Shown here: in pieces, positions 1-7,872 of the stretch | Layout: the number at the start of each line of letters is the position of its first letter | How positions within the stretch are numbered: the stretch's first letter is position 1 | Source: Bacteroidota bacterium | Lineage (GTDB): Bacteria > Bacteroidota > Bacteroidia > SXHM01 | Reading direction: 5' to 3' | Length of the DNA stretch: 32,000 nucleotides | Assembly: GCA_947479755.1 (NCBI GenBank) | Contig: CANKAM010000009.1 | Location: 36,464 to 68,463, forward strand | Made by a program: the position numbers and the translations under genes | Notes under the pieces: model-generated | The model's input: only the letters and a program-made list of their open reading frames with translations | Database searches by the model: none | What the model was told of the DNA's origin: nothing

Positions 1-397
1 TGTAAAGCGCTATTTCTATTTCTCCTTCAAGTGTTTTGTTTTGGCCTTCAGGAGTAATATTGGGAATACGTGAATTGTTAGGCTGCGCAAGAACTACTTC
101 AACAAAGTTTCCGTTTTGCTTCTCAAAATATTTCACATAAAAATTATAGTAATACAAACTTCCTTCATCAAAAGGCGGGAAAGTATCCTGTTGGTCAAGC
201 CCTATATCACCATCTCCATCCGTAAATTTGAATTTTAAAACACCGATTGAATCTTTACCTTGCGTATTCTGATATTTTAGAAAATCAAGGTATTCAATCT
301 GCGGCTCATCAGGAAAATCGTTTCGCTTCAGGCAGGAAGAGAAACCAATAACCAAGAGAAACAAGACAAATAAACTTACTTTTGAATTCTTATTCAT
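1..397 (-). CDS. Putative lipoprotein, hypothetical; C-terminal part lies outside the window
   Basis: My reverse-complement translation from the ATG at 395-397 gives MNKNSKVSLFVLFLLVIGFSSCLKRNDFPDEPQIEYLDF... This is a signal peptide with a lipobox-like GFSSC. The frame stays open to the window edge. It is not in the ORF track because it is truncated. Confidence 0.6.
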   Translation of the reverse strand, partial: MNKNSKVSLFVLFLLVIGFSSCLKRNDFPDEPQIEYLDFLKYQNTQGKDSIGVLKFKFTDGDGDIGLDQQDTFPPFDEGSLYYYNFYVKYFEKQNGNFVEVVLAQPNNSRIPNITPEGQNKTLEGEIEIALY

Positions 398-431
398 AGA
401 ACAAAAATAAGGATTTTAACGCTAAACAGAT

Positions 432-1427
432 TTGAGCACGCTAACAGAGAAAATATTCGCAATAAAAACCGGGCGAGATTTTGAAAAAACTGCTTTAGAA
501 ATTTTTCAATTACAACATAAACATTGTCTTGTTTACAAACAATTCTGTGATGTTCTGAAAATCAATCCTGCCGAAATAAAATCAGTAAACGATATTCCGT
601 TTTTACCAGTTGAATTTTTCAAAACACACGAAGTAGTTACTTCGGGCGTAGTTGAGAATCTTCCATCAAAAATCTTCACCAGCAGCGGCACAACAGGAAC
701 TGTTCAGAGTAAACACTATGTTTCCGATGTTTCGGTTTATGAAGAAAGTTTCAGAAAAGGTTTTGATTTTTTTTATGGTAATATTGAAGAGTATTGTCTG
801 TTGGCATTACTCCCCTCCTATCTGGAACGTGAAGGCTCATCATTGGTTTACATGGTTGATGATTTAATAAAGAGGAGTAAAAATCATGACAGTGGATTTT
901 ATCTCCATAACTTAAATGAGCTTTCAGAAAAACTAAAATCGCTTCTTGCAAAAGGACAAAAAGTAATTCTGCTTGGTGTTACGTATGCTTTACTTGACTT
1001 AGCAGAACTATTATCTAATCATCTTTCCGGAGAACTTATTATTATGGAAACAGGCGGCATGAAAGGAAAACGCAAAGAACTGCTGCGCGAAGAATTACAT
1101 CAAATCCTTTGCGAAAAGTTTGGAGTTACTGCTATTCATTCCGAATACGGAATGACCGAGTTGTTTTCACAAGCCTACTCAAAAGGAGATGGAATTTTTC
1201 AATGCCCTCCCTGGATGAAAGTGTTGATTAGAGATGTGAACGACCCATTAAAAATTCTTAAACAAGGAAAAAGCGGAGGCATTAATGTGATTGACTTAGC
1301 CAACATCAATTCCTGTTCGTTTATTGCAACACAGGATTTAGGTATACTTCACAACAATGATAGTTTTGAAGTAAGCGGAAGATTTGACAATTCTGATTTG
1401 CGCGGATGTAATTTATTGGTGCAGTAA
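432..1427 (+). CDS. LuxE/PaaK-like acyl-protein synthetase, usually annotated 'acyl transferase' in Bacteroidota
   Basis: 331-aa ORF with a TTG start. Motifs IPFLPVEFFK, TSSGTTG, YEESFRKGF and LALLPSYLEREGSSLVYM are typical of the LuxE-like adenylate-forming family. Confidence 0.75.
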   Translation: MSTLTEKIFAIKTGRDFEKTALEIFQLQHKHCLVYKQFCDVLKINPAEIKSVNDIPFLPVEFFKTHEVVTSGVVENLPSKIFTSSGTTGTVQSKHYVSDVSVYEESFRKGFDFFYGNIEEYCLLALLPSYLEREGSSLVYMVDDLIKRSKNHDSGFYLHNLNELSEKLKSLLAKGQKVILLGVTYALLDLAELLSNHLSGELIIMETGGMKGKRKELLREELHQILCEKFGVTAIHSEYGMTELFSQAYSKGDGIFQCPPWMKVLIRDVNDPLKILKQGKSGGINVIDLANINSCSFIATQDLGILHNNDSFEVSGRFDNSDLRGCNLLVQ

Positions 1428-2699
1428 TTATACTGCCTTCACCAAAAAATAATTCTTCTTTCCTTTCTGCACTAACAGGTATTTGTTGTAGAGCAAATCA
1501 GCGGAAGTAATCTTTTTCTCTAACGAAATTTTCTCTTTGTTTATGCTGGCTCCATTGCCTTGTATGGTTTTCCGTGCATCTCCTTTTGAAGGGAACACCG
1601 CAGCTTTTTCTCCAAGCAGACTCACTACATCAATTCCTTCTGCAAACATATTTGCATCAACTGAAAATGTAACATCCACATCAAAAGCATCTTCTATTTC
1701 TTCACCTGAAAGTTTTTTAAAATCTTCAAATGAACTTCCGAAAAGTATATCCGTAGTTTCTTTAGCACGTTGTAAAGCCTCCGCAGAATGCACACGCGTG
1801 GTAATTTCATCCGCCAATGCTTTCTGCAATTTGCGCAAATGTGGTTCTGCTTTGTGTTCTGCTTCTAATGCTTCCACTTCTTCTCTTGTTTTCAAAGAAA
1901 AAATACGGATGTACGTAGCAACATCTGAATCGCTGGCATTAAGCCAGAACTGGTAAAATTTATAAGCAGAAGTTTTCTTCGCATCCAGCCAGACATTACC
2001 GCTTTCTGTTTTACCAAATTTGGTTCCGTCTGCTTTTTTAATCAATGGAGTAGTAAGCGCAAATGCTTCTCCCGCGTCTTTTCTGCGTATTAATTCAGTT
2101 CCGGTAACTATGTTTCCCCACTGGTCGCTGCCGCCCATTTGCAATTTGATTCCTTTATTTTTCCAGAGCCAGTAGAAATCATAACCCTGCACCAACTGGT
2201 ATGAAAACTCAGTGAATGACATTCCCGTTTCCAAACGGTTCTGCACCGAATCCTTTGCCATCATGTAATTCACCGAAATGTGTTTTCCCACATCACGGAT
2301 AAAATCAAGGAAAGTGAAATTTTTAAACCAATCGTAATTATTTACAATCTCTGCTGAGTTTTTCCCGCAATTGAAATCAAGAAATTTCTCCAGTTGTTTT
2401 TTCTGCGAAGAAAGATTGTGATGCAACGTTTCTTCGTTAAGTAGATTTCTTTCCTGTGATTTTCCGCTTGGGTCTCCTACCATTCCTGTTGCACCGCCAA
2501 CCAATGCAATCGGCTTATGCCCGCAACGTTGAAAATGCAGCAAAGTCATTATCTGCACAAGATTTCCAACGCCAAGAGAATCAGAAGTAGGGTCGAAGCC
2601 GATATAGCCGCTCACCATATCCTTATTCAGTAATTCTTCTGTTCCGGGCATGATGTCCTGCAACATACCGCGCCATTTCAGTTCTTCAACAAAGTTCAT
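1428..2699 (-). CDS. tyrS: Tyrosine--tRNA ligase
   Basis: 423 aa. N-terminus [13 protein letters not shown]...GFDPT, KMSKS-type loop KFGKTESG, and a C-terminal S4-like domain. The HIGH position reads GVGN (see findings). Confidence 0.93.
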   Translation of the reverse strand: MNFVEELKWRGMLQDIMPGTEELLNKDMVSGYIGFDPTSDSLGVGNLVQIMTLLHFQRCGHKPIALVGGATGMVGDPSGKSQERNLLNEETLHHNLSSQKKQLEKFLDFNCGKNSAEIVNNYDWFKNFTFLDFIRDVGKHISVNYMMAKDSVQNRLETGMSFTEFSYQLVQGYDFYWLWKNKGIKLQMGGSDQWGNIVTGTELIRRKDAGEAFALTTPLIKKADGTKFGKTESGNVWLDAKKTSAYKFYQFWLNASDSDVATYIRIFSLKTREEVEALEAEHKAEPHLRKLQKALADEITTRVHSAEALQRAKETTDILFGSSFEDFKKLSGEEIEDAFDVDVTFSVDANMFAEGIDVVSLLGEKAAVFPSKGDARKTIQGNGASINKEKISLEKKITSADLLYNKYLLVQKGKKNYFLVKAV

Positions 2700-2708
2700 A
2701 CGTATATC

Positions 2709-4856
2709 TTAAGCTACTGCCTTTTCTGTTTTCTCTTCGTAAAATTTCTTGCCTGTTTTTGCCATCTCTTCCAACAATGCAGGAGGATTAAAACGCGCTC
2801 CGTAAGCAGTTGCCAATGTTTTACAATCTTCTACAAACTGACGCACACCTATCATATCAATGTATGAGAAGATACCGCCAGTGTAAGGAGGGAAACCCCA
2901 GCCGAGGATAGAACCGATATCACCATCACGCGGTGATGTCAATACATTTTCTTCCAGACATTTCACGGCATTCAATGCCTGATAATGCAGCAAACGCTTT
3001 TTCAAAAGCTCAACATCAGGTTGCTCTTTTGCTAAAGGAAAGTATTCTGCCAATCCCGACCAAAGATGTTTTTTACCTCCGTCTGTAGGGTATTCATAAA
3101 AACCTTTTCTTGCTTTTTTGCCGGGGCGATTAAGTGTTTCCATAAACAAACGACCCACTTTTGCCTCAGCTCCTTCATTTACTTTTCCTAAATCTTTCTC
3201 TGTTTGTTTATTGATTTTATACATCAATTCAATGCTCACCTCATCCGCAACAGCAAGCGGACCAACCGGCATGCCTGCTGCTTTTCCTGCGTTTTCAATT
3301 AAAGCAGGAGCAATTCCTTCCTGCAACATATTCAGACCTTCTGCAATGTAGGTAGAGAAAATACGTGAAGTATAAAATGCTCTTCCGTCATTCACCACAA
3401 TAGGTGTTTTCTTAATTCGTTTCACATAATCAATTGCCATCGCAATCGCGTATGGTGAAGTTTTCTTTCCAAGAATAATTTCAACCAGTTGCATTTTATC
3501 AACAGGTGAAAAGAAATGGATACCGATAAAATTTTCCGGACGAACAGATGCTTCTGCCAATCCTGTGATAGGCAATGTAGAAGTATTGGAAGCATACACT
3601 GCAGTTGGCGAAAGCACCGCTTCTGTTTCTTTGGTTACACTTGCTTTCAGTGCACGGTCTTCAAAAACAGCTTCAATGATCAGCTCGCTGCCTTCAACTG
3701 CTTTAGGGTCTGCGGTTGTTACAATCCGTGCCAGAATTTCATCCGCTTTTTCTTTGCTCATGTGACCTTTGCTGACTTTTTCATTCAACAACTTCAACGA
3801 ATAGGCTTTTCCTTTTTCAGCATCTTCAATAGAACGATCCTTCAGAACAACATTCAATCCTGCAACTGCTGAAACATAAGCTATGCCTGCTCCCATCATT
3901 CCCGCGCCTAATACTCCCACTTTAGTAAGTGTATTTGCAGGAACATCTTTTGGTCGTGCTGCACCGCTGTTGGCTGCATTCATGGTAAAGAACAAGGTGC
4001 GTATCATATTCTTCGCCACCTGCGACATTGCACATTGCGTAAAATAACGCATCTCTACTTTCAATGCTCTGTCAAAATCCAGTTGCAAGCCTTCGTAAAC
4101 CGAATTCATAATGGCTGTAGGAGCCGGATAATTACCGAATGTTTTCTTTTGTAACAGTGCGCTTCCTGCCATAAATACACGCACTCCTGTTGGTGTCTGC
4201 ACACCGCCACCGGGAATTTTAAATCCTTTATCATCCCATGGTTGAACTTTTTTCCCAACTGTTCTTATCCACTCAACAGCAGCGGGAATTAATTCTTCTT
4301 TTGTAGCAACTAATTTATTCACCAGACCTTTTTCAAGCGCCTGTTCAGGACGTAATTTTTTTCCTTCCAGCAAAAGCGGCAAAGCATTTTCAATACCAAT
4401 CAGGCGGGGCAAACGCTGCGTTCCTCCTGCACCGGGAAGCAATCCTAATAATACTTCGGGTAATCCGATTTGTATTTTTGCATCATTAACCGCAATACGG
4501 AAATGAGAAGCCAGACAAAGCTCAAAACCACCACCTAATGCAGTTCCGTTGATAGCTGCAACTACAGGCTTTCCGCAGGTTTCCATTTTGCGGTAGAGCT
4601 TATGAAGCACCCCGGATTTCTCCATTACCTGTTCCGGTGTTTTCACAGCAGCAATCATTTTTAGATCTGCACCGGCAATAAATTCTTTTTTATCGGATGT
4701 AACAATGATACCTTTCACGTTCGCATCTTTCACGGCCTTATCAAACGCTTCATCAAAAGCAGCAATTGATTCCTGATTAAGCACATTCATCGTTGAGTTT
4801 TTCATGTCAAAGCTGATGAGGGCAATGCTGTCTTCGAGTAGGGTATAGTTTATCAT
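2709..4856 (-). CDS. Bifunctional enoyl-CoA hydratase / 3-hydroxyacyl-CoA dehydrogenase (FadB/FadJ-like)
   Basis: N-terminal crotonase fold (FIAGADL, AAINGTALGGGFEL). Central NAD-binding loop VGVLGAGMMGAGIA and 3HCDH domains. The ORF track starts at a GTG at 4877; the ATG at 4856 (MINYTLLEDSIALISFDM) looks more plausible. Confidence 0.9.
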   Translation of the reverse strand: MINYTLLEDSIALISFDMKNSTMNVLNQESIAAFDEAFDKAVKDANVKGIIVTSDKKEFIAGADLKMIAAVKTPEQVMEKSGVLHKLYRKMETCGKPVVAAINGTALGGGFELCLASHFRIAVNDAKIQIGLPEVLLGLLPGAGGTQRLPRLIGIENALPLLLEGKKLRPEQALEKGLVNKLVATKEELIPAAVEWIRTVGKKVQPWDDKGFKIPGGGVQTPTGVRVFMAGSALLQKKTFGNYPAPTAIMNSVYEGLQLDFDRALKVEMRYFTQCAMSQVAKNMIRTLFFTMNAANSGAARPKDVPANTLTKVGVLGAGMMGAGIAYVSAVAGLNVVLKDRSIEDAEKGKAYSLKLLNEKVSKGHMSKEKADEILARIVTTADPKAVEGSELIIEAVFEDRALKASVTKETEAVLSPTAVYASNTSTLPITGLAEASVRPENFIGIHFFSPVDKMQLVEIILGKKTSPYAIAMAIDYVKRIKKTPIVVNDGRAFYTSRIFSTYIAEGLNMLQEGIAPALIENAGKAAGMPVGPLAVADEVSIELMYKINKQTEKDLGKVNEGAEAKVGRLFMETLNRPGKKARKGFYEYPTDGGKKHLWSGLAEYFPLAKEQPDVELLKKRLLHYQALNAVKCLEENVLTSPRDGDIGSILGWGFPPYTGGIFSYIDMIGVRQFVEDCKTLATAYGARFNPPALLEEMAKTGKKFYEEKTEKAVA

Positions 4857-4913
4857 GGTATTTGTTTTTCCTTCCACCTCTCCTTTGGAAGGAGATGAGT
4901 CAGATATGAGGTT

Positions 4914-6038
4914 TTAATAGTTGATTACTTGTTGTTCCATTACTTTAGGCAAGTCACGGTATTCATATTGTTGTGTGCGCAGTTGTGGCTCAAATCCTGC
5001 TTCGCGGATTGCACGCTGAATTCCCTCAGAAGTATAACGATGCTGTGCGCCTGCCACCGAAACCACATTCTCTTCAATCATAATGGAACCAAAATCATTG
5101 GCGCCTGCATGCAGACAAATCTGCGCTGTCTTTTCTCCCACTGTTAACCATGATGCCTGAATGTTTATCACATTCGGCAGCATAATCCTGCTCATGGCAA
5201 TCATCCGGATGTATTCTTCCGCGCTTACATTATTCGAAACTCCTTTCACACGTTTCAACAACGTACCGTCATCCTGAAAAGGCCAAGGGATGAAAGCAAG
5301 AAATCCTTTTGCATCTTTTGGTTTTTCGCTTTGCACTTCTCGCAGCCAAACCAAATGTTCAAAGCGTTCATACAATGTTTCAATATGTCCGAACATCATG
5401 GTTGCGGATGTGGTAATGTTCAGTTGATGCGCTGCACGCATCACATTCAGCCATTCCTGTCCTCCGCATTTTCCTTTGGATATCATGCGCCTTACACGGT
5501 CGTTCAATATTTCTGCTCCTGCACCGGGCAATGAATCCAAACCTGATTCTTTCAGGGCTTTCAATGTTTCGGTGTGCGAAATTCCTTCCAGCTTGCTGAT
5601 GTGCGCCACTTCGGGCGGACCAAGTGAATGCAGCTTTAAATTCGGGTAAAGACTTTTTAGCTGACGGAATAAATCGGTGTAAAATTTTAAACCCAACTCA
5701 GGATGATGACCGCCTTGCAGCAAAAGTTGTTCGCCACCATAGCGAAAGGTTTCTTCAATTTTTTGCTTGTATTGTTCTATGGTGGTAATGTAACTTTCGG
5801 GGTGACCGGGAATGCGGTAGAAATTGCAGAACTTGCAATTGGCAATGCACACATTGGTGGTGTTTACATTGCGGTCTATTATCCAGGTTACTTTATTATC
5901 GGGTTTTTGTTTTTTGCGCAGTTCGTTGCCTGCAAATATCAGTTCGCTCAGGGCTGCATGCTGAAAAAGGAACATCCCTTCTTCAATGCTGAGGAACTCA
6001 AAATTAAGGGCGCGGTCAAGAAGTGTTTCTGTATTCAT
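4914..6038 (-). CDS. Radical SAM enzyme of the MqnC/MqnE/CofH family (futalosine-route menaquinone biosynthesis)
   Basis: 374 aa with the CxxxCxxC cluster CIANCKFCNFYR and a TIM-barrel-like remainder typical of MqnC/MqnE. I cannot distinguish C from E without profile searches. Confidence 0.75.
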   Translation of the reverse strand: MNTETLLDRALNFEFLSIEEGMFLFQHAALSELIFAGNELRKKQKPDNKVTWIIDRNVNTTNVCIANCKFCNFYRIPGHPESYITTIEQYKQKIEETFRYGGEQLLLQGGHHPELGLKFYTDLFRQLKSLYPNLKLHSLGPPEVAHISKLEGISHTETLKALKESGLDSLPGAGAEILNDRVRRMISKGKCGGQEWLNVMRAAHQLNITTSATMMFGHIETLYERFEHLVWLREVQSEKPKDAKGFLAFIPWPFQDDGTLLKRVKGVSNNVSAEEYIRMIAMSRIMLPNVINIQASWLTVGEKTAQICLHAGANDFGSIMIEENVVSVAGAQHRYTSEGIQRAIREAGFEPQLRTQQYEYRDLPKVMEQQVINY

Positions 6039-6068
6039 TTTCTAAGGGCTTGCAAAGATAAGATTTAT

Positions 6069-6087
6069 GGCATATAGTTTATATGCC
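6069..6087 (-). terminator. AT-rich hairpin downstream of the three-gene operon; possible weak terminator
   Basis: GGCATATA-gtt-TATATGCC is an 8-bp perfect stem with a 3-nt loop, about 50 nt past the stop at 6138. On the minus strand it is followed by a T-containing AT-rich tract (ATAAATCTTATCTTT). Confidence 0.3.
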
Positions 6088-6137
6088 TAAAACACAAGAT
6101 TCAAAGAAGGAAACAGAGGACTAAAGGAAAAATTTAT

Positions 6138-6656
6138 CTACACCGCCTCCGCTTCCTTCAACTTCGCATTGGCAACATTCACTGCAAAGTCAAAGAATAT
6201 CTTCACCGCTTTGGTAAATTTAAATTGTCCTTCGGCACGGAACAATACATTCTTACGATGCCATGTGCTGATGAAATCTTCAAAATTAGCTACCGAGGTT
6301 TTTTCCAATACTTCACATTTAGATGATTGTCTCAGCATCTGTTCTGTTTCGGCCATGTCAAAAACACCCACTTCAATGGCATCACGGAAATTCTTTCCGC
6401 TGTAGTCCAGCTCGCGGCAAAGCAAGGCAAGAAACAACACAAAATCGCGGGTACGTTTTTCCGTTCCTTCGGTGGAAGTGAGGTAAGCAATTTCGGAATC
6501 AATCACCAACTCATAACCGTAGCTCTGGGTAAAGAATTCGCGATATTCCTCTTCCTGCAACTTCAGCGAAACGAAGGTGGGGTTAGGATAGATTACAAAA
6601 CGCCCGTCAACAAGAGCGCTTACAATTTCACGGTGTTCACTTGGATAGCTTTGCAT
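6138..6656 (-). CDS. Small acidic third subunit of the SMC-like operon; possible MukE/MksE/JetB-type (kite-like) protein, function unproven
   Basis: 172-aa ORF whose ATG overlaps the upstream gene by 20 nt. It is acidic and has no catalytic motifs. Size and position fit the small accessory subunit of condensin-like or ABC-three-component systems. Confidence 0.55.
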   Translation of the reverse strand: MQSYPSEHREIVSALVDGRFVIYPNPTFVSLKLQEEEYREFFTQSYGYELVIDSEIAYLTSTEGTEKRTRDFVLFLALLCRELDYSGKNFRDAIEVGVFDMAETEQMLRQSSKCEVLEKTSVANFEDFISTWHRKNVLFRAEGQFKFTKAVKIFFDFAVNVANAKLKEAEAV

Positions 6657-7869
6657 AAACTTTAATTTTTGGCATTAATAAGGTGGCATCGGCCAGTTTT
6701 ATTTCGTAACGCTTTTCGTCTTTATATTCTATTACCAGGTCTTCGTCCAGCAACATGTTAGAGAGCGTAAAAAATTTAGACAGGGTAATATTTTCGGTCT
6801 GTTCTTCCAGCGAAGTCAGGCACCATTTGTAAAAATCTTTTACGCCATCGTCTTTCAGCAATTGCTCTTTAAAGAAAGCGGCATCGGGCAGCCACTCTAT
6901 ATCTTCATCACTTTCATTGAAAAGAATTTCGGGCGTGAGGTAACTAAACTGGTCAATATAAAATTCAGCTTCAGCAGCAAATGCCTTGGAGGTAACGCTT
7001 GATTTTGTTCTGCGCACTATGTGCGGAAGTGCAGCAACGTATGCTTTAGGATCATCAATGTTCTCCACGAAATGATAAAAGCCGTTGAGAATAATAGAAT
7101 CACTTTTGATACGCTCCAGCAGCGGCAATAATTCACGAGTAAGTTTGCTCAGCGTTTTATCTAATTCCGATTTTGCATTTACCGCGCAGGCATACAGTTT
7201 TTCGAACTCCAGTTTCAACTCGTAGTTATCCGAAAGCAAACGTCTTTCATTGGAATACTGCTGCAATTGAATAATCACATTCACAATGGAATCAGCACGT
7301 TCTTTATCCAAAATCCCATTGAGCGGAATAATGTATTCGTCAATCCAGAAGTTAGCACGTTGTATGCGTGTGGAGAAGGCAGAATGATTTCCAACATTAA
7401 CTTTCAATGCTTCGGTATCGCGCAGCAGGCGTTGCGTTTGTCCTTCAATATCACTCAGGAAATCTTCAATTACATTAATAATTTCCTGAGCAAGTAATAC
7501 AACACGAAAACCGGTTGTCTCCGTTTTCAATGCCGTGAAATGATTGAAAACTGCCTGATACCTGTTTTTTAATGTTTCGGGTAAATTCAAAACAAAATCG
7601 TTGAACAGATATTCCAGAAAAGGAATGTAGTTCCGGTTGAGTTTGTATTCGCCCGTTGAAAGTTGTCGGCAGAATTTTACTTCTGAGGTAAGGCGGTAAA
7701 GGGAAATCTTGCTTTCGTTCTTTGCATTGTAGTCATGAAGCAGACGCATGAACTTGTCTGCATCAATCATGAAATGCGGCTTGCCCGCAGCGAATGCGCT
7801 GTGCACAAACTCATAATGCGTATTCAAAAAACGCAGAATTTCTTTACCGGATAGATTTAAGTTGCTCAT
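6637..7869 (-). CDS. All-helical middle subunit of the SMC-like operon; possible kleisin/MukF/JetA-like or ABC-3C middle component, function unproven
   Basis: 410-aa ORF starting 3 nt after the ATPase stop. It looks helix-rich, and I recognise no nuclease, ATPase or transmembrane motif. Confidence 0.55.
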   Translation of the reverse strand: MSNLNLSGKEILRFLNTHYEFVHSAFAAGKPHFMIDADKFMRLLHDYNAKNESKISLYRLTSEVKFCRQLSTGEYKLNRNYIPFLEYLFNDFVLNLPETLKNRYQAVFNHFTALKTETTGFRVVLLAQEIINVIEDFLSDIEGQTQRLLRDTEALKVNVGNHSAFSTRIQRANFWIDEYIIPLNGILDKERADSIVNVIIQLQQYSNERRLLSDNYELKLEFEKLYACAVNAKSELDKTLSKLTRELLPLLERIKSDSIILNGFYHFVENIDDPKAYVAALPHIVRRTKSSVTSKAFAAEAEFYIDQFSYLTPEILFNESDEDIEWLPDAAFFKEQLLKDDGVKDFYKWCLTSLEEQTENITLSKFFTLSNMLLDEDLVIEYKDEKRYEIKLADATLLMPKIKVYAKLSK

Positions 7870-7872
7870 GGT

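Noticed and set aside
1425-1430. Convergent genes abutting with no spacer (1427/1428; also the 8-nt overlap at 13901-13908 and the 2-nt gap at 30872/30875)
   Set aside because: This is consistent with general genome compaction. There is no additional sequence in which a feature could reside.
1537-1956. Nested antisense ORFs inside large genes, e.g. 1537-1956, 3516-3872, 5703-6077, 6327-6665, 8536-8844, 9632-9895, 14715-15074, 28005-28349 and 29958-30383
   Set aside because: Each lies wholly within, and opposite to, a longer ORF with clear family motifs. The translations are Cys/Phe/Ser-rich nonsense typical of shadow ORFs.
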